From assembly GCF_004010195.1 (NCBI RefSeq), contig NC_057719.1, positions 65,157,866 through 65,221,865 of the forward strand: a DNA stretch of 64,000 nt, written 5' to 3'. This document shows positions 12,601 through 24,819 of the stretch, piece by piece. The stretch comes from Chiloscyllium plagiosum (lineage: Eukaryota). Position 1 is the first letter of the stretch. Every line of letters starts with the position of its first letter. The position numbers and the translations under genes are program-made. The notes under the pieces are model-generated. The model ran no database searches. It saw only the letters and a list, made by a program, of their open reading frames with translations, and was not told the DNA's origin.

Positions 12601-14220
12601 GTTATCAGGCAAGACCACATTTGATATGTGGGAATTATTTAAAGACCAGCTGATAAGAGTTCAGGACTGGCATGTTCCAGCAAGGATGAAGGTCCGTGAT
12701 GGCAAGATAATGGACCACTGGATAAGGAGAGAGGTTGTGATATTTGGTCAAAAGGGAAAAAAGAAGATGTGTAAGATTTAGGAAGCTAAAATCGGACAGG
12801 GCCCGTGCGGAATATAAAGAAACAGGGAATTAGGAGAGCAAGGAGGAGCCATGAAATGACCTCAAGAAGTAAGGTTAAAGAGACTCCGAAGTCATTCCAT
12901 ACGTACATTAAAAATGAGAGGATAACTAGGGAGAAGGTAAGACCACCCAAAGATAAAGGAGGAAACTTATGTTTGGTAGCTATGAATGTGGGCAAGACCC
13001 TAAATGAGTACTTAGGGATGGTCAGTATTGCTTTGTGCAGAGCAGGTCACATTTTACTAACTTGATTGAATTTTTCGAGGAGGTGACAAAGGTGATTGAA
13101 GGTAGAACAAGTGGTGTTGTCTACATGGATCTTAGTAAGCCTTTTGACAAGGTCCTTTATGATAGGCTCAACAAGAAGGTTAAGACTTGGCTGCATGGAT
13201 TCAGAATTGGCTTGTCCAAATAAGGCAGAGGATAGTGGTGGAAGGGTGCTTTTCATGCTGGAGGTCCATGACTAGTGGGATCTCTACTGTTTGTGATATA
13301 TAGAAATGACTTGGATGAAAATGCAGAGAGTGGGTTAGTAGGTTTGCAGACGATATCAAGGTCGATGGAATTGTGGATGATGTAAAAGGTTGTCAAAGGA
13401 TATAAATCAGTTGCAATTATGGGCAGGGAAATGGCAGGTGAAGTTTAATCCGGGAAGTGTGAGGTGCTGCGCTTTGGGAGATCAAATGTAAGGGAAAGTA
13501 TACAGTTGATGGCAGGACTCTGAACAGCATTGATATACAGAGGGATTTTGGAATTCAAGTCCATTGCTCCCTGAAAGTGGCCACTCAAGTAGATAGGGTG
13601 GTAAAGGAGGCATATGGCATGCTTGCCTTTATTGGTTGAGGAATTGAGTATAAGGGTTAGGATATCATGTTGCAGCTATGTAAGACTTTGGTTAGGCCAC
13701 ACTTAGAGTACTGCATTCAATTCTGGTTGCCACATTACAGGAAGGATGTGGAGGCTTTGGAGATAATGCCTAAGAGGTATATTGTGATGTTGCGTGGATT
13801 AGAGGGTATGAGCTATAAGGAGAGGCTAGAAAAACTTGGGTTGTTTTTTTCTGGAGCGTTGGAAGCTGAGGGCAGGCTGAATAGAAGTTGCATAGTTGTG
13901 TTGATGGTCAGAATCTTTTTCCCAGAGTTGAAATGTCTAAAAATAGTGGGCACATATTTTAGGTGAGAGAGGCAAGGTTCAAGGGAAATGTGAGAGGCAT
14001 GTTTTTCATACGGAGAGTGGTAGGAGTCTGGAAAGTGCTGTTATGGGTTACGGTGGAGGTACATACAATAGGGACATTTAAGGGATTTTAGATAAGTACA
14101 TGAATATGAAAGGAATGGAGGGATATGGACAGCAGGCAGGCAGAAGGGGTTAGTTTAATTTGGCGTTGTATTTGTGGGCTGAGGGGCCTGTTCCAGTGTT
14201 GTACAGTTCTATGTTCTATC
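12600..14220 (+). mobile_element. CR1-clade LINE ORF2 fragment with 3' end
   Basis: LIEFFEEVTK..VYMDLSKPFDKV and LVRPHLEYCIQFW motifs; ttctatgttcta tail. Confidence 0.88.
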
Positions 14221-14707
14221 CTTAGTTTTGGTTAAGGTTCTGATTTCTTTCAATCGTGATTGAATTCCAGCTTTAAGGATGGGAGGTGGCACCATTGTTG
14301 TCCTGTTTCCATTTGCCTGGCTGCTATCTAGCTGACTTTGAGTACTCTGAGTGAGAGAGTCCGTCTACTTAAAAGAGGGCATTGTTATTTGACTGTGACC
14401 TTTCTAGCATGCTAACATTTGAACACACAATAATGTTAACTCCACTAGCACATCAGTTGAAACAGGATTTTTAAACCCAATATTTGCCAATTCTACAAAG
14501 AAAGAAACATAATAGACAGAATCTTACAGAGGCATGATTAGTGTGAACATTGGCAAGGTACGTGGCAGAATCGGCCAAGAAAGGCCTGTGAGACCTATCT
14601 CAACATTGGGAGCATCTCAATCCATTTTAACAAAAGGTGTGGTGAGTTTCTTGTTGGTAATGGTGAGTTAAGGAGGACTATTGCTTGTTAAACACATCGT
14701 TATTGGA

Positions 14708-14790
14708 GTAACTGATCAAGGGCTTTAGCCCGAAACGTTGATTTTTCTGCTCCTCAGATGCTGTTTTTCCAGCACTACTCAAATCCTGAT
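14708..14790 (+). mobile_element. Penelope-like terminal repeat relic (family A) with mutated hammerhead
   Basis: CTGATCA-A-GGGC(TTTA)GCCC-GAAACGTTGATT; core G8 changed to C. Confidence 0.6.
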
Positions 14791-14958
14791 CTCATTAATA
14801 TTCAATTTTCTATCTTCCCACATGTACCATACAGGTTAGACATCGAGAAAACTCAAATGGAAATCAGGACAGATGTGTGTGATTTCAGCTCATCATTCGC
14901 TCTGAAGGAACTCCATATTTCCTATAATTAAACTACATCTCAGGGCAAAATCCATGGT

Positions 14959-15740
14959 AGTGAGAAGATTTGTAACTCAGGTTGAGGTTCTGGGTGTAGG
15001 TTTGCTTGCTGAGCTGGAAGATTCATTTTTAGACGTTTATTCACCATACTAGGTAACATCTTCAGTGATCCTCTGGATGAAACACTTCTCATATTTCCTG
15101 CATTCTATTTATATGTTTGGGTTTCCTTGGGTTGGTGATGTCATTTCCTGTGGTGATGTCATTTCCTGTTCTTTTTCTCAGGGGGTCAATGGGATCCAAG
15201 TCAATGTGTTTGTTGAAACAGTTCCAGTTGGAATGCTATGCTTCTAGGAATTCTCGTGCATGTCTCTGTTTGGCTTATCCTAGAATGAATGTGTTGTCCC
15301 AGTCAAAGTGGTGTCCTTCCTTATCTGTATGTAAAAATACAGATAAGAGAGGGTCATGTCGTTTTGTGGCTCGTCGATGTTCATGTATCTTGGTGGTTAG
15401 TTTTCTGCCTGTTTGTCCAATGTAGTGTTTGTTACAGTTCTTGCACAGTATTTTGTAAATGACATTAGTTTTGCTTGTTGTCTGTAGAGGGTCCTTCAAG
15501 TTCATTAGCTGCTGTTTTAGTGTGTTGGTGGGTTTGTGGGCTGCCATGATACCAAGGAGTCTGAGTAGACTGGCAGTCATTTCCGAGATGTCTTTCTTTG
15601 ATGTAGGGGAGAGTGGCTAGGGTTTCTGGATGTGTCTTGTCTGCTTGTTTGAGCAGTGCTTCGTCCAGAGGCTCACTGAAGAAGTTACCTAGTATGGTGA
15701 CGAAATGTCTGAAAATGAACCTTCCAACTCAGCCAACACC
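14959..15740 (-). mobile_element. 5'-truncated Penelope-like element (family D): GIY-YIG fragment, 3' terminal repeat and inverted 5' repeat, 13-bp TSD
   Basis: ORF 15275-15580 NVIYKILCKNCNKHYIGQTGRKLTTKIHEH is GIY-YIG; 14990-15080 is inverted relative to 15655-15740; caaaatccatggt at 14946-14958 and 15741-15753. Confidence 0.9.
15673..15712 (+). ncRNA. Minimal hammerhead ribozyme motif (family D)
   Basis: UCA-CUGAAGA-A-GUUACC(UAGUAU)GGUGAC-GAAA-UG-UC/UGA; 3-bp stem I and 6-bp stem II; the sister copy at 15029-15068(-) retains AAACGUC. Confidence 0.7.
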
Positions 15741-16235
15741 CAAAATCCATGGTCTCTAGCCACACAGACTCTCATCCATGGATATTGGCATCCAGCATTT
15801 AACAACCCCTTACAATCACCATGACATCTCTCTGATAGACTGGCAGACCTCTGAGTAAGCATCGACTCACATTGCAGTATGCATCAGCAACTAGCATTGA
15901 AAAGCTGCAGCAATGATACTTTGCATACACAGACTGGCATGCAGCTCATGGATCTGACAGGGCTGCATTTCAGGGCTGCTCACTTACTCGCAGAGAACCT
16001 AACTGCACACTTGCAACATCTCCTCCTTCTTTGCTTCTTGCCTGCTTTCCATTAGAAAGCTAGTCTCTGAGTTGCTGACCAAGTAGCTATCATCGATTGT
16101 TGTGAGAAACTATCTGGTTCATTAATGTCCTTTTAAGGGAAATAAATCTGCCATTCTTACCCAATGTTATCTATACTTGACTCCAGACCAACAGCAATGA
16201 TTGACTCTCACACTATTTGTCTTCTAAAATGACTT

Positions 16236-16795
16236 GACAAGCGTAACTTAGGGAACGCTTCACTGAGGATCTCAGCCAGTCCTGCAGGGGCCGACTGGAC
16301 TTCCCAGTCACCACTCATTTTAATTCCCCTAACCACTCCCTTTCCAACATGACCATTCTTGGCCTCCTCCATTGTTACAATGAACCAAACCACAAATTGG
16401 AGGAACAACACCTCATCTTCTGCCTGGCGACTCTACAGCCCAGAGACCTAAACATTGACTTCTCCAATTTCAAATAATCTTCCTTCCCAACCCCCAACTC
16501 CTTCCCAGCCCCTCCTACTTCCTTCTACTCCTCTCTGCCACCAACCAGATTCATTCCTCCCATTGACCAACCAGGTCGTACCCTTTGCCTGCCTTCACCA
16601 ATCCCTACTTCACCACCCTGCCCCCACCACCTCCTTTATCTGCATCTCCCCCAACACTCACCTCCAGTCCTGAAGAAGGGTTATACCCAAAATGTCGACT
16701 TCTCCACTTCCTGATGCTGCCTGGCTTGCTGCGTTCTTCCGGCCTCCTGCCTGTTTACTTTAGATTCCAGCATCTGCAGTTGTATTTGTTTCTAA
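16236..16795 (+). mobile_element. Penelope-like element 3' fragment (GIY-YIG C-terminus plus terminal repeat with hammerhead at 16666-16700)
   Basis: ERFTEDL...THFNSPNHSLSNMTILGL...KLEEQHLIFCLATLQPRDLNIDFSNFK*; then agtcCTGAAGAagggttatacccAAAAtgtcgact. Confidence 0.85.
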
Positions 16796-17768
16796 CCGAG
16801 CTATAGAGGTCAGCAGAAATTGGAGATGAATGACAGTTGCTGGCCACATCCCAATAAAGAATTTACTTACAAAGAAGCTTAGTGGAGCTCACGTCAACAC
16901 TTGACTCTTGCACTGGAAGGTTTTGTGCTTTTGATATGAGATGGAATTCTAAACAAACTCTGTTCCACCCCAAATTTCAAACCTTTCTCTCATAGCTCAG
17001 CAGGGGAAGTGTTCAATGTCCACCTTCCCTAGCTGTCCGTATGTTGGGACTAAAGGTTCCTGAACATAAAAGTGAGAAAATCTTTGAATATCTTTGCTTC
17101 TGCTACCTTAGTTTAGTCAACTTTTAAGAGCAACAATCTTTTTCTTCCATTTTGTATTTAGTTTTGACTCACTTTGATCTGACTCACTTCATTTACTTTG
17201 AAGTTATAAATGTTTTATATGATATAATATTTTGCATTCCTCCAGAGCAATTGTTTTTTGATTTTTTTTTTATTTGGTGTCTGGGGGCCCTGAACTTCCT
17301 TTGTATGATGGTAAATTGGCTCATTCTGTGCAGGAACGCTTAAAGAAATAGAACGTTTTAAATATGGTGAAGTTGGCTATGCTCATTACTAATAAGCAAG
17401 TTGGATATTAATATTGACATTTGTACATGATACGCAGTTAAGCAGCAAGATCCAGGAATTATTCTGAGTATTGCCCTGCTCTTCCACAAGATTCTTTTTG
17501 CTGGTACTTCAGTGATAGTCTCTGCATCAAAATAAATGAAGCTGTGTTGTGTACCTATTTAACATTCCAGAAAAGAAATACGTTTGCAGTGTTTTGGTGT
17601 GATATGCTTAAATATTATCCAATAGTCTCTCTGGCTCAGGAATTTAAAGTTTACAAGCAGAGACGCATTCCTTGAGAAATCTATTTCTTGTTAGAGATGT
17701 AGTGTATCTTTTGACTTGCTATTTCATTTCTGTCTCTTAAGCCAATCCTTCTTTTTTGTCTCTTTAGT

Positions 17769-18069
17769 GGGTGGCATGGTGGCTCAGTGGCTAGCACTGC
17801 TGCCTCACAGCACCAGGGACTCCGGTTCAATTCCCGCCTCGGGCAACTGTGTAGAGTTTGCACGTTCTCCCCGTGTCTGCGTGGGTGTGCTCCGGTTTCC
17901 TCCCACCGTCCAAAGATGTGCAGGTTAGGTGAATTGGCCATGCTAAATTGCCCGTAGTGTTAGGTGGATTAGTCAGGGGTAAATATAGGGGGTGGGTTTC
18001 TCTTCGGAGGGTCGGTGTGGACTTGTTGGGCCGAAGGGCCTGTTTCCACACTGTAGGTAATCTAATCTA
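17769..18069 (+). mobile_element. HE1-type V-SINE, full length
   Basis: tRNA-like head with A box (tggctcagtgg) and B box (ggttcaattcc); V-domain (ttctccccgtgtctgcgtggg); CR1-like tail; (TAATC)n. Confidence 0.9.
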
Positions 18070-18164
18070 TTTTGAGTTCTGTGCATGGTTTGATGTTAAA
18101 TTATGGAGATAGTTTAGACTTTTGTGGCCCCAATCATTTGACAAGGGTAGTTGGTGTAAATAGC

Positions 18165-18363
18165 TGAAAATGTGTTGCTGGAAAAGCGCAGCAGGTCATG
18201 CAGCATCCAAGGAACAGGAGAATCCACGTTCCTTCTTCAGGAAGAAGGGCTTATGCCCGAAACGTCGATTCTCCTGTTCCTTGGATGCTGCCTGACCTGC
18301 TGCGCTTTTCCAGCAACACATTTTCAGCTCTGATCTCCAGCATCTGCAGTCCTCACTTTCTCC
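18165..18363. mobile_element. Penelope-like fold-back mini-element (family A), 17-bp TSD
   Basis: Inverted arms; tagttggtgtaaatagc (18148-18164) and tagttggtgtaagtagc (18364-18380). Confidence 0.85.
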
Positions 18364-18721
18364 TAGTTGGTGTAAGTAGCATTACAGAGATTCAGTTGGG
18401 AAACCAACAAGTCTTGGTTTTTCCTCTTCTTATTTTTTCACTAGCAACCCTGCCAGAAGTTCAATCACATGAACAGGCTTGGCATCTAGTCAACTGAATG
18501 CACTTCACAGCAAGTTCCAGCCCCAGTTATGAAGACTGCAGCAGGTGTGAACCAGGGGCACTGGCGTGAGGGGAGCGTGGAATGGGGGATGCAGAAGTGT
18601 TGTTGAAGGGAGATGACGTGATTGGGGGTACACTTTTCATTGTGAAAATCACTTCGCAGAGAATAAAGGCAGAGAATTATTTCAGTATGACAGTTGAATA
18701 TAATGTATGGTGAAAGATATA

Positions 18722-18781
18722 CACTTAAATCTCAGTATCTCAGTGAGATACTGAGATTTAAGTGACAATATCTCAGTATCT
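18722..18781. repeat. Perfect 21-bp inverted repeat with 1-nt spacer plus a third partial copy
   Basis: cacttaaatctcagtatctca-g-tgagatactgagatttaagtg, then atctcagtatct at 18770-18781. Confidence 0.95.
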
Positions 18782-19018
18782 GCAGTAAATTTATTTTCTC
18801 TTAGGTTTATAAGGAGAACGTGTAGTAATAAAACCAATTTATGAATCTATTGGGATGCAAACTTATCATATTGCATTATCTGTTTATCCATGGTTTGGCT
18901 AAGCAATCTAGCACACTCATCTCATTGCACCATATTATTTTGTCAGAAGAAAAGAAACATTTACAATATAGATATAGTTCATTATTTTCTTTAAAAAAAT
19001 GATTTTTTTCTTCTTTAG

Positions 19019-19105
19019 TTTCCCACAGGGACCATGTTCTAGGAAGGAGAATGGCTAGTGACTAGCAATCATCTTTAGCATTGCTGTGGAGAAATCATCA
19101 AAACG
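19019..19105 (+). other. Candidate non-coding (5'-UTR-like) spliced exon, 87 nt
   Basis: Acceptor tttttttcttctttag| (alternative cccacag| at 19028) and donor ACG|gtgagt; unique sequence; stop codons in all three frames. Confidence 0.45.
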
Positions 19106-19109
19106 GTGA

Positions 19110-19565
19110 GTGTAGGGGTTATGGGCTCTTGAAGTGGTTCCATCATTCAGTAGGACCATGGCTGAATTTGTATATCAGCTCCACTTTCCCACCCTATCCC
19201 CTTATCCCTTGATTTGGAGGTGCTGGTGTTGGACAGGGGTGTAGAAAGTTAAAAATCACACAACACCAGGTTAGAGTTTATTTGGAAGCACTAGCTTTTG
19301 AGACGCTGCCTCTTCATCAGGCCCCTGATGAAGGAGCAGCACTTCAAAAGCTAGTGCTTTCAAATAAACCTGTTGGACTCTAACGTGGTGTTGAATGATT
19401 TTTAACTTAACCCATAGCCCTTGATTCCCCTATTGTTCAATATTTCGGCTACCTCTGTTTTGAATTGGCTTTCGATCTGAATGTCTGCAGCTCCATGATG
19501 GGACATATAATTGCAGGGATTCACAAACCTCTAAATGAAGGGATCTCCCTCTTTTCAGTTTTAAA
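19110..19565 (-). mobile_element. Old CR1 3' relic interrupted by a Penelope-like insertion
   Basis: ccttatcccttgatt...ctctgttttgaat is the reverse complement of a CR1 3' end. Confidence 0.55.
19215..19410. mobile_element. Penelope-like fold-back mini-element (family C)
   Basis: Inverted arms with degraded CTGATGAaggagcagc..AAAgctagtg motifs on both strands; approximate TSD cccttatcccttgatt / cccatagcccttgatt. Confidence 0.8.
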
Positions 19566-19569
19566 TAGC

Positions 19570-20170
19570 CAGGTTCAAAGGGAACAGTGTATAAAAGTTG
19601 GCAGGTTTTGCAAAACTATACAAGGCACTAGTCAGATCACAGCTGGGATGCTGTGAACAATTTTGGGACATCTTATCTACTAGCATTGGAGGCAGTTTAG
19701 AGATGGTACATTAGGCTGATCTCAGATATGAAGAGAAGTTGAGTAGATTAGGTCTTTACTCAATGGAATATAGAAGAAGGAGAGGTGATCCTATTGAAAC
19801 ATACACGATTCCTAGGGGACTTTACTGGATAGATGCAGAAAGTTTGTTTTTGCTTGTGAGACAGACTCAGACCAGACAGCATAATCTTAGATTAAAGAGT
19901 CACACATTTAAGACAGAGATGACGAAGAATTTCTTCTCTCAGAGGGTTGTGAATCTGTAGAATTCTTTACCACAGAGGACTGTTAAAGCTTGATCATTGA
20001 GTATGTTCAAGGCTTGAGAGACAGGTTTTTAGTCAATAAGGGAATCAAGGGTTACAGGGAAGTGGCAGTAAAGTGGAATTGAGGATTATCAAATGAGCTA
20101 TAATCCCATTGACAGGCAGAGAAGACTTGATGGGTAGAATGGCCTAGTTCTGCTTCTGCATCTTATGGTT
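19570..20170 (+). mobile_element. CR1-clade LINE 3' fragment
   Basis: ORF 19739-19960 LGLYSMEYRRRRGD...NFFSQRVVNL. Confidence 0.8.
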
Positions 20171-21819
20171 TTACGGTCCCAAGTCTTGAGACCATGATCC
20201 TTAACACTAGGTTCCCCAAGCAGGGGAAGGACCTTTCAGCATCTACTCTGTCAACCCATCTAGGTTTTTTATGTGTTGCAATGGGATCACTTAAGTCATT
20301 AATATTTTGGTCAGGAAGAACATCATGCCAAAATTTGCAAATATGTTTCAAATTAAAGCAATTTCTAGTCTTTGAAGTACATTTCATTTGAGGAATGGAT
20401 TTTGTGATCTCATTTGGAAGGCTTACCTCTGTTACATTGGACTGGAGTATCGAGAGTACTTATGTAAATTGATAGCACAATATCAAAGATTGTCTCTGTA
20501 AATTGGGATTGGAAGGTGCTTCTCAATCCTAAAGTCAGAAATTTTACCTATGGATTTTACACAATGGATATTTATAGAGTTATTACCAACTACAGATATA
20601 ACTGGTTTTTGAAGCAGTGCATTGCCAGTTGAGATTATGTCACACAGAATTTTCAAAAATCCAAACATTGGGAGGTCAATATGTTTGCATTAAGTTGCTT
20701 CATAGACCTTTCTGTCACTGTCTTACCTGTTGTGATTTGTCAGGCTTGTATTGTGATGAATTCTCCAATTTGAATTTCCAGAACCCTGTAATTGTCAAAA
20801 TGTCAGTCAGTTCAATTTATTGAGGATTTCTAGCAGTAAAAAAAAACCTCCTGCAAATGCTGCTAATGTCCTGCTAGGATATCCATCCAAATAATCAATG
20901 AACAAGTTGGTAATTTCAAACCAAAATTTGTCAATGTGCAAATGTTTATAAAGCAGGGGTATGTGTGGACAAAACAATTTGAGTTACAATGTGCCTTTGT
21001 TGAAGCTTATCCACTGCAGAATGTATCTCAATCTGTTAGAAAAGGCCAATTAAACTGTTATATTGATTCAGCTTTAACACTCCATTCCACACAACTAAGT
21101 AGTGGTCAGAGTAATATGAACCTCTGGTCCTGCAAACGCCTGCAAGCCAAACGCTGCTGGTCTGTATTGAGCAGTTTTCTTAAATTGACATGATGGTTTT
21201 CCTCAACCTCTCATTTTATCTTTTACAAAATTACGATTTAATGCTAAGACATTTCCCAGGGTTACCAACAGTTAGCAGTCCCAGTCAGCACCATCATTGG
21301 TCTGCGTACGTCCACCCTGAATTTAACCTCTGCTATGTAATTCTAAAGCTGCAAGTGCTTCTTTAACATTCGGGTCACTACTGTTTACTTTTCTTCTTTA
21401 TGTCTTGTACACTGAATACAAATCAAATCTGACAATGAAGCCCAGATTAGATTCAACTCAGGGTAACAATGACAGCTACTTAACTCCAGGCGCAATTATG
21501 GTCCTTTACAAATGTACAGATGTACAATTAAAGAGAAGCTATTTGCATTGTGAAATGTGTGTGAACTGCACTGTATATTCTGGAAAGAATTTTGGCTTTT
21601 CTTGCATTTAATTAGTAGACATGAAGCTACCAATTTATCTGCTGGCTCTTGTTTATTATTGTGGTTAAATTAAAAGGGCAAGTACTATTATTTATGTTTG
21701 CATCAGATAGGGCCAAAACTTCCATGCCATGGAGCTTATTAATGTTTCTGGGTAACAGAGTAGTGTCTGTTTTTACCCAATCCTTCATTTCAATCTTCTC
21801 AGAAACCTGAACACATACA

Positions 21820-22025
21820 CCAGCCGGTTTCTACCCTACTGTTGTTAGAATAGCGAATAGACTCACAAACTCTTAACATTCGCCTGTACCTGTGTTTTTG
21901 TTTTTGCTGCTGTTTACCTATCATTTAATTATCTATGCTATTTAACTCTGTGATCTGCCTGTGTTGCTTGTAAGACATAGCTTTTCACTGTGCCTCGGTA
22001 CATGTGACAATAAATTCAAGTCAAT
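21820..22025 (+). mobile_element. Non-LTR element 3' tail (Rex/Babar-like)
   Basis: tttctaccctactgttgttagaata...cttttcactgtgcctcggtacatgtgacaataaattcaa pattern. Confidence 0.5.
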
Positions 22026-22454
22026 TCCCAGAAACACATTTAATCGTCATTGGCAATCTTATTGCACTCAACTCCATTTTTCTTTTGTTGAATAAGTTAT
22101 TGTGGAATTTAGTTTATGTGTCAAACCTCAAATATTTAAAAATGAGACAGGATTGGTTTCTTTTTGGATTGTAATGCCTAGAATGTGATTCAAAGGAAAC
22201 TTGCTGGAGATGATTCGGTAACTGTGAGGAAAAGTTGTGCAATTTTTCCCAAGGTTTTGAATCTGCATCCATCTACCATTATCCCCAACCATCAACCTCT
22301 GCCTTGCACAATCTGCTTGCCAGGTGAAAAGAGCTGGCCGAACTAAAACTGTGGCTGCCAGGTTCTTCTGGTTGTGGTGGAATTCCCTTAGTCTCACATT
22401 TTCTTGTGCTATTGGTCTTTGCCAAATTCTTCCATGTTGTACAATAAAAATATA

Positions 22455-23220
22455 ATATAAGATGTAGGAGCAGAAAGAGGTTATTCATTCCAAGGGGGTC
22501 TGCTCTGCCTTTCAATGAGATCTTGGCTGATCAGATTAGATTCATTACAGTATGAAAGCAAGCCTTTCGGCCCAACAAGTCCACACCAACCCTCCCAGAC
22601 CCTTTCCACTACCCTGCCTTACATTTACCCTTTACGAATACACCTATTACTATGGGCAATTCAGCATGGCCAATTCACCTGACCTGCACATCTTTGGATT
22701 GTGGAGGGAACCAGAGGAAACCCATGCAGACATAGGGAGAGTGTGCAAATTCCACACAGACAGTTGCCCGAGGCAGGAATCGAACCTGGATCCCTGGGAC
22801 TGTGAAGCAGCAGTGCGAGCCACTGAGCCACTGTGCTGTCCCAATTCCACTTTCCTGCCTTTTCCCTATAACTCCTGATTCCCTTACTGATCAAAAATCT
22901 ATCTATCTCAGCCTTGAATATTCATAATGACTCAGCATCAACAGCTTTCAGCGGCTAATAATTCCACAGGTTCATTATCCTCTGAGAGAAGAAATTCCTC
23001 TCAATTTCTGTCTTAAATGGAGATTATGCCCTCTGATTCTGGACTATCCCACAGGAGGAAATGACATTTCTGGCCAAGTCAAGTCAGATCGCCTAAGAAT
23101 GTTCTCCGTTTCAATAAGGTTGCCACTTATTCTGCTAAATTCCAATGACCAAGGCCCTATCTACTCAACCTCTCTTCATAAGATGGTTCCTCCATACTTG
23201 GAATGAGCCGAGTGAAGCTT
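22455..23220 (-). mobile_element. CR1 3' relic interrupted by an HE1 SINE
   Basis: Reverse complement of a CR1 3' region (ctctgagagaagaaattcctc; ctactcaacctctc). Confidence 0.65.
22533..22842 (-). mobile_element. HE1-type V-SINE
   Basis: Minus-strand A and B boxes, V-domain and CR1-like tail. Confidence 0.88.
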
Positions 23221-23671
23221 CAGCCAATAATATTAGCAGTGAACATCTCAGCCAATATCAATATAATCTTGACTGGAGCTGAAATGATATTCAGGTTGAA
23301 TGGGTAGAAAGCATTTGCACGTTGATTACTCTATGACTCTATAACTCTATGACCGTGGCTGTGTCAGTGACTGAAACTTTCTTAATTTCCAGTTGAAGAG
23401 TGTTGTCGAATGAGTTTCATGGTACGTGGTCTGTCTTGGCCTCGAGTGACTTTTCTCCAGCAATCTTCCGCTCGCTATCTCATTAATCATGCAACCAGAT
23501 TCTCTGGTGGAACAGCGTGGCTGGATGGACCAAATCATTTGTCACTCCTGGGGCTGTTTTTGGTTTTTATGCCTCTGATGCCATATTTAAAGCCCAACTG
23601 CGCACCATTTCAGATGATAGGGCAGGAACCAGCCCCTCTCATGGTAGCGCTCGGCCGCTATTACTGTACAC

Positions 23672-24400
23672 ATGGCCCAGAGCAAAAGAAAGCTCATCCC
23701 CTGCTTTGAGGAGAAAATGTGTTGCTGGAAAACGCAGCAGGTCAGGCAGCATCCAGGGAACAGGAGAATCGACGTTTCGGGCATAAGCCCTTCTTCGGGC
23801 ATAAGCCTGACCTGCTGCGCTTTTCCAGCAACACATTTTCAGCTCTGATCTCCAGCATCTGCAGACCTCACTTTCTTCCCTGCTTTGAGGACACAGACCT
23901 AGAGGTACTGAAGGACACAGTGATTGAGGGGAAGGCAGTGAAAGGATTCCACTCCATTGGGCACAGTCACTCTGGATCCAGCTGAGGTCAGTATTATGTT
24001 CTGGGTAAAAATAAAACACTAATAGTGAGGAAGAGTATCTGTGATCCTCTGCAAAGTTATCACCCCCATCTCTGCTCTGCTGAGCCAACATTCACACAGA
24101 CTCTGCCACTGCATATACATCTCACCAAGATTCATGGTCTACACTTCTCTGTATTGTAGGCATCATTTCACTCAATGGTTTCCACCCACCTCAATGTCCC
24201 AAACGACTAATTGTTCCTGTTCTGAGCTTTCAAAAACTCTCTCTGGGAGCACTTTACTATCACTCCTGTACATGAGTATGTTTGACTCTTCCATCCACTC
24301 CTATCAACCTCGACACCTCCCTTGGTCTCATTGCAGGAAAAAACTAGCACAGACCCAGAGCTAGTTCTCAGCAGCAGTCCTACTGTCTTACCTGTAATTC
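23672..24400 (+). mobile_element. Harbinger/PIF Myb/SANT-like gene relic (two exons), interrupted by a Penelope-like insertion
   Basis: Removing the insertion and one TSD copy gives MAQSKRKLIPCFEDTDLEVLKDTVIEGKAV...AEVSIMFWVK; acceptor ctcattgcag|GAAAAACTAGCA (EKLA) at 24337. Confidence 0.6.
23713..23877. mobile_element. Penelope-like fold-back mini-element (family A), 14-bp TSD
   Basis: ccctgctttgagga at 23699-23712 and 23878-23891; inverted arms; truncated minus-strand hammerhead at about 23767-23797. Confidence 0.85.
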
Positions 24401-24819
24401 CTGAATAACTTGCTCTCGGAGGCCAGCAGCCTGCAAGTCAATGCTGAAGTTCATGAGCATGGTCTAAGAAAGCACTGTTAAATAAACTGAAACTGGCTGC
24501 CTCAGTTTGAGCTGTAAAGTGAATCAGTGCTAAGAAAGCAAGTTAAGAAATTTAATTTGCATGTGTCCAAGTTAGCACAAAAGTATCCTAAAGAGGTGCA
24601 TGAGGTGTGTGTCTATACCTTAGAGCAATAATAACCTGGTAGAAACATACAGGTCCCAGGTGTCCCTGACAACAAAGGGTTGAGATGGTGTGAGATTTGG
24701 TCCTCTAAGAAGAGTGTCAATGTGGTGGAGGTTGGTGGTTTGCCAATGGCATTTGGCGAGGGAAGAGAGGACAGGTTCTTTGCCTGTAACTCCACCTTAC
24801 ATGAGTACAGGGGCATCAA

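Noticed and set aside
18165..18363. CRISPR array or bacterial terminator-like repeats
   Set aside because: There is no repeat-spacer periodicity and no cas genes; the inverted arms and long TSD fit a Penelope-like insertion.
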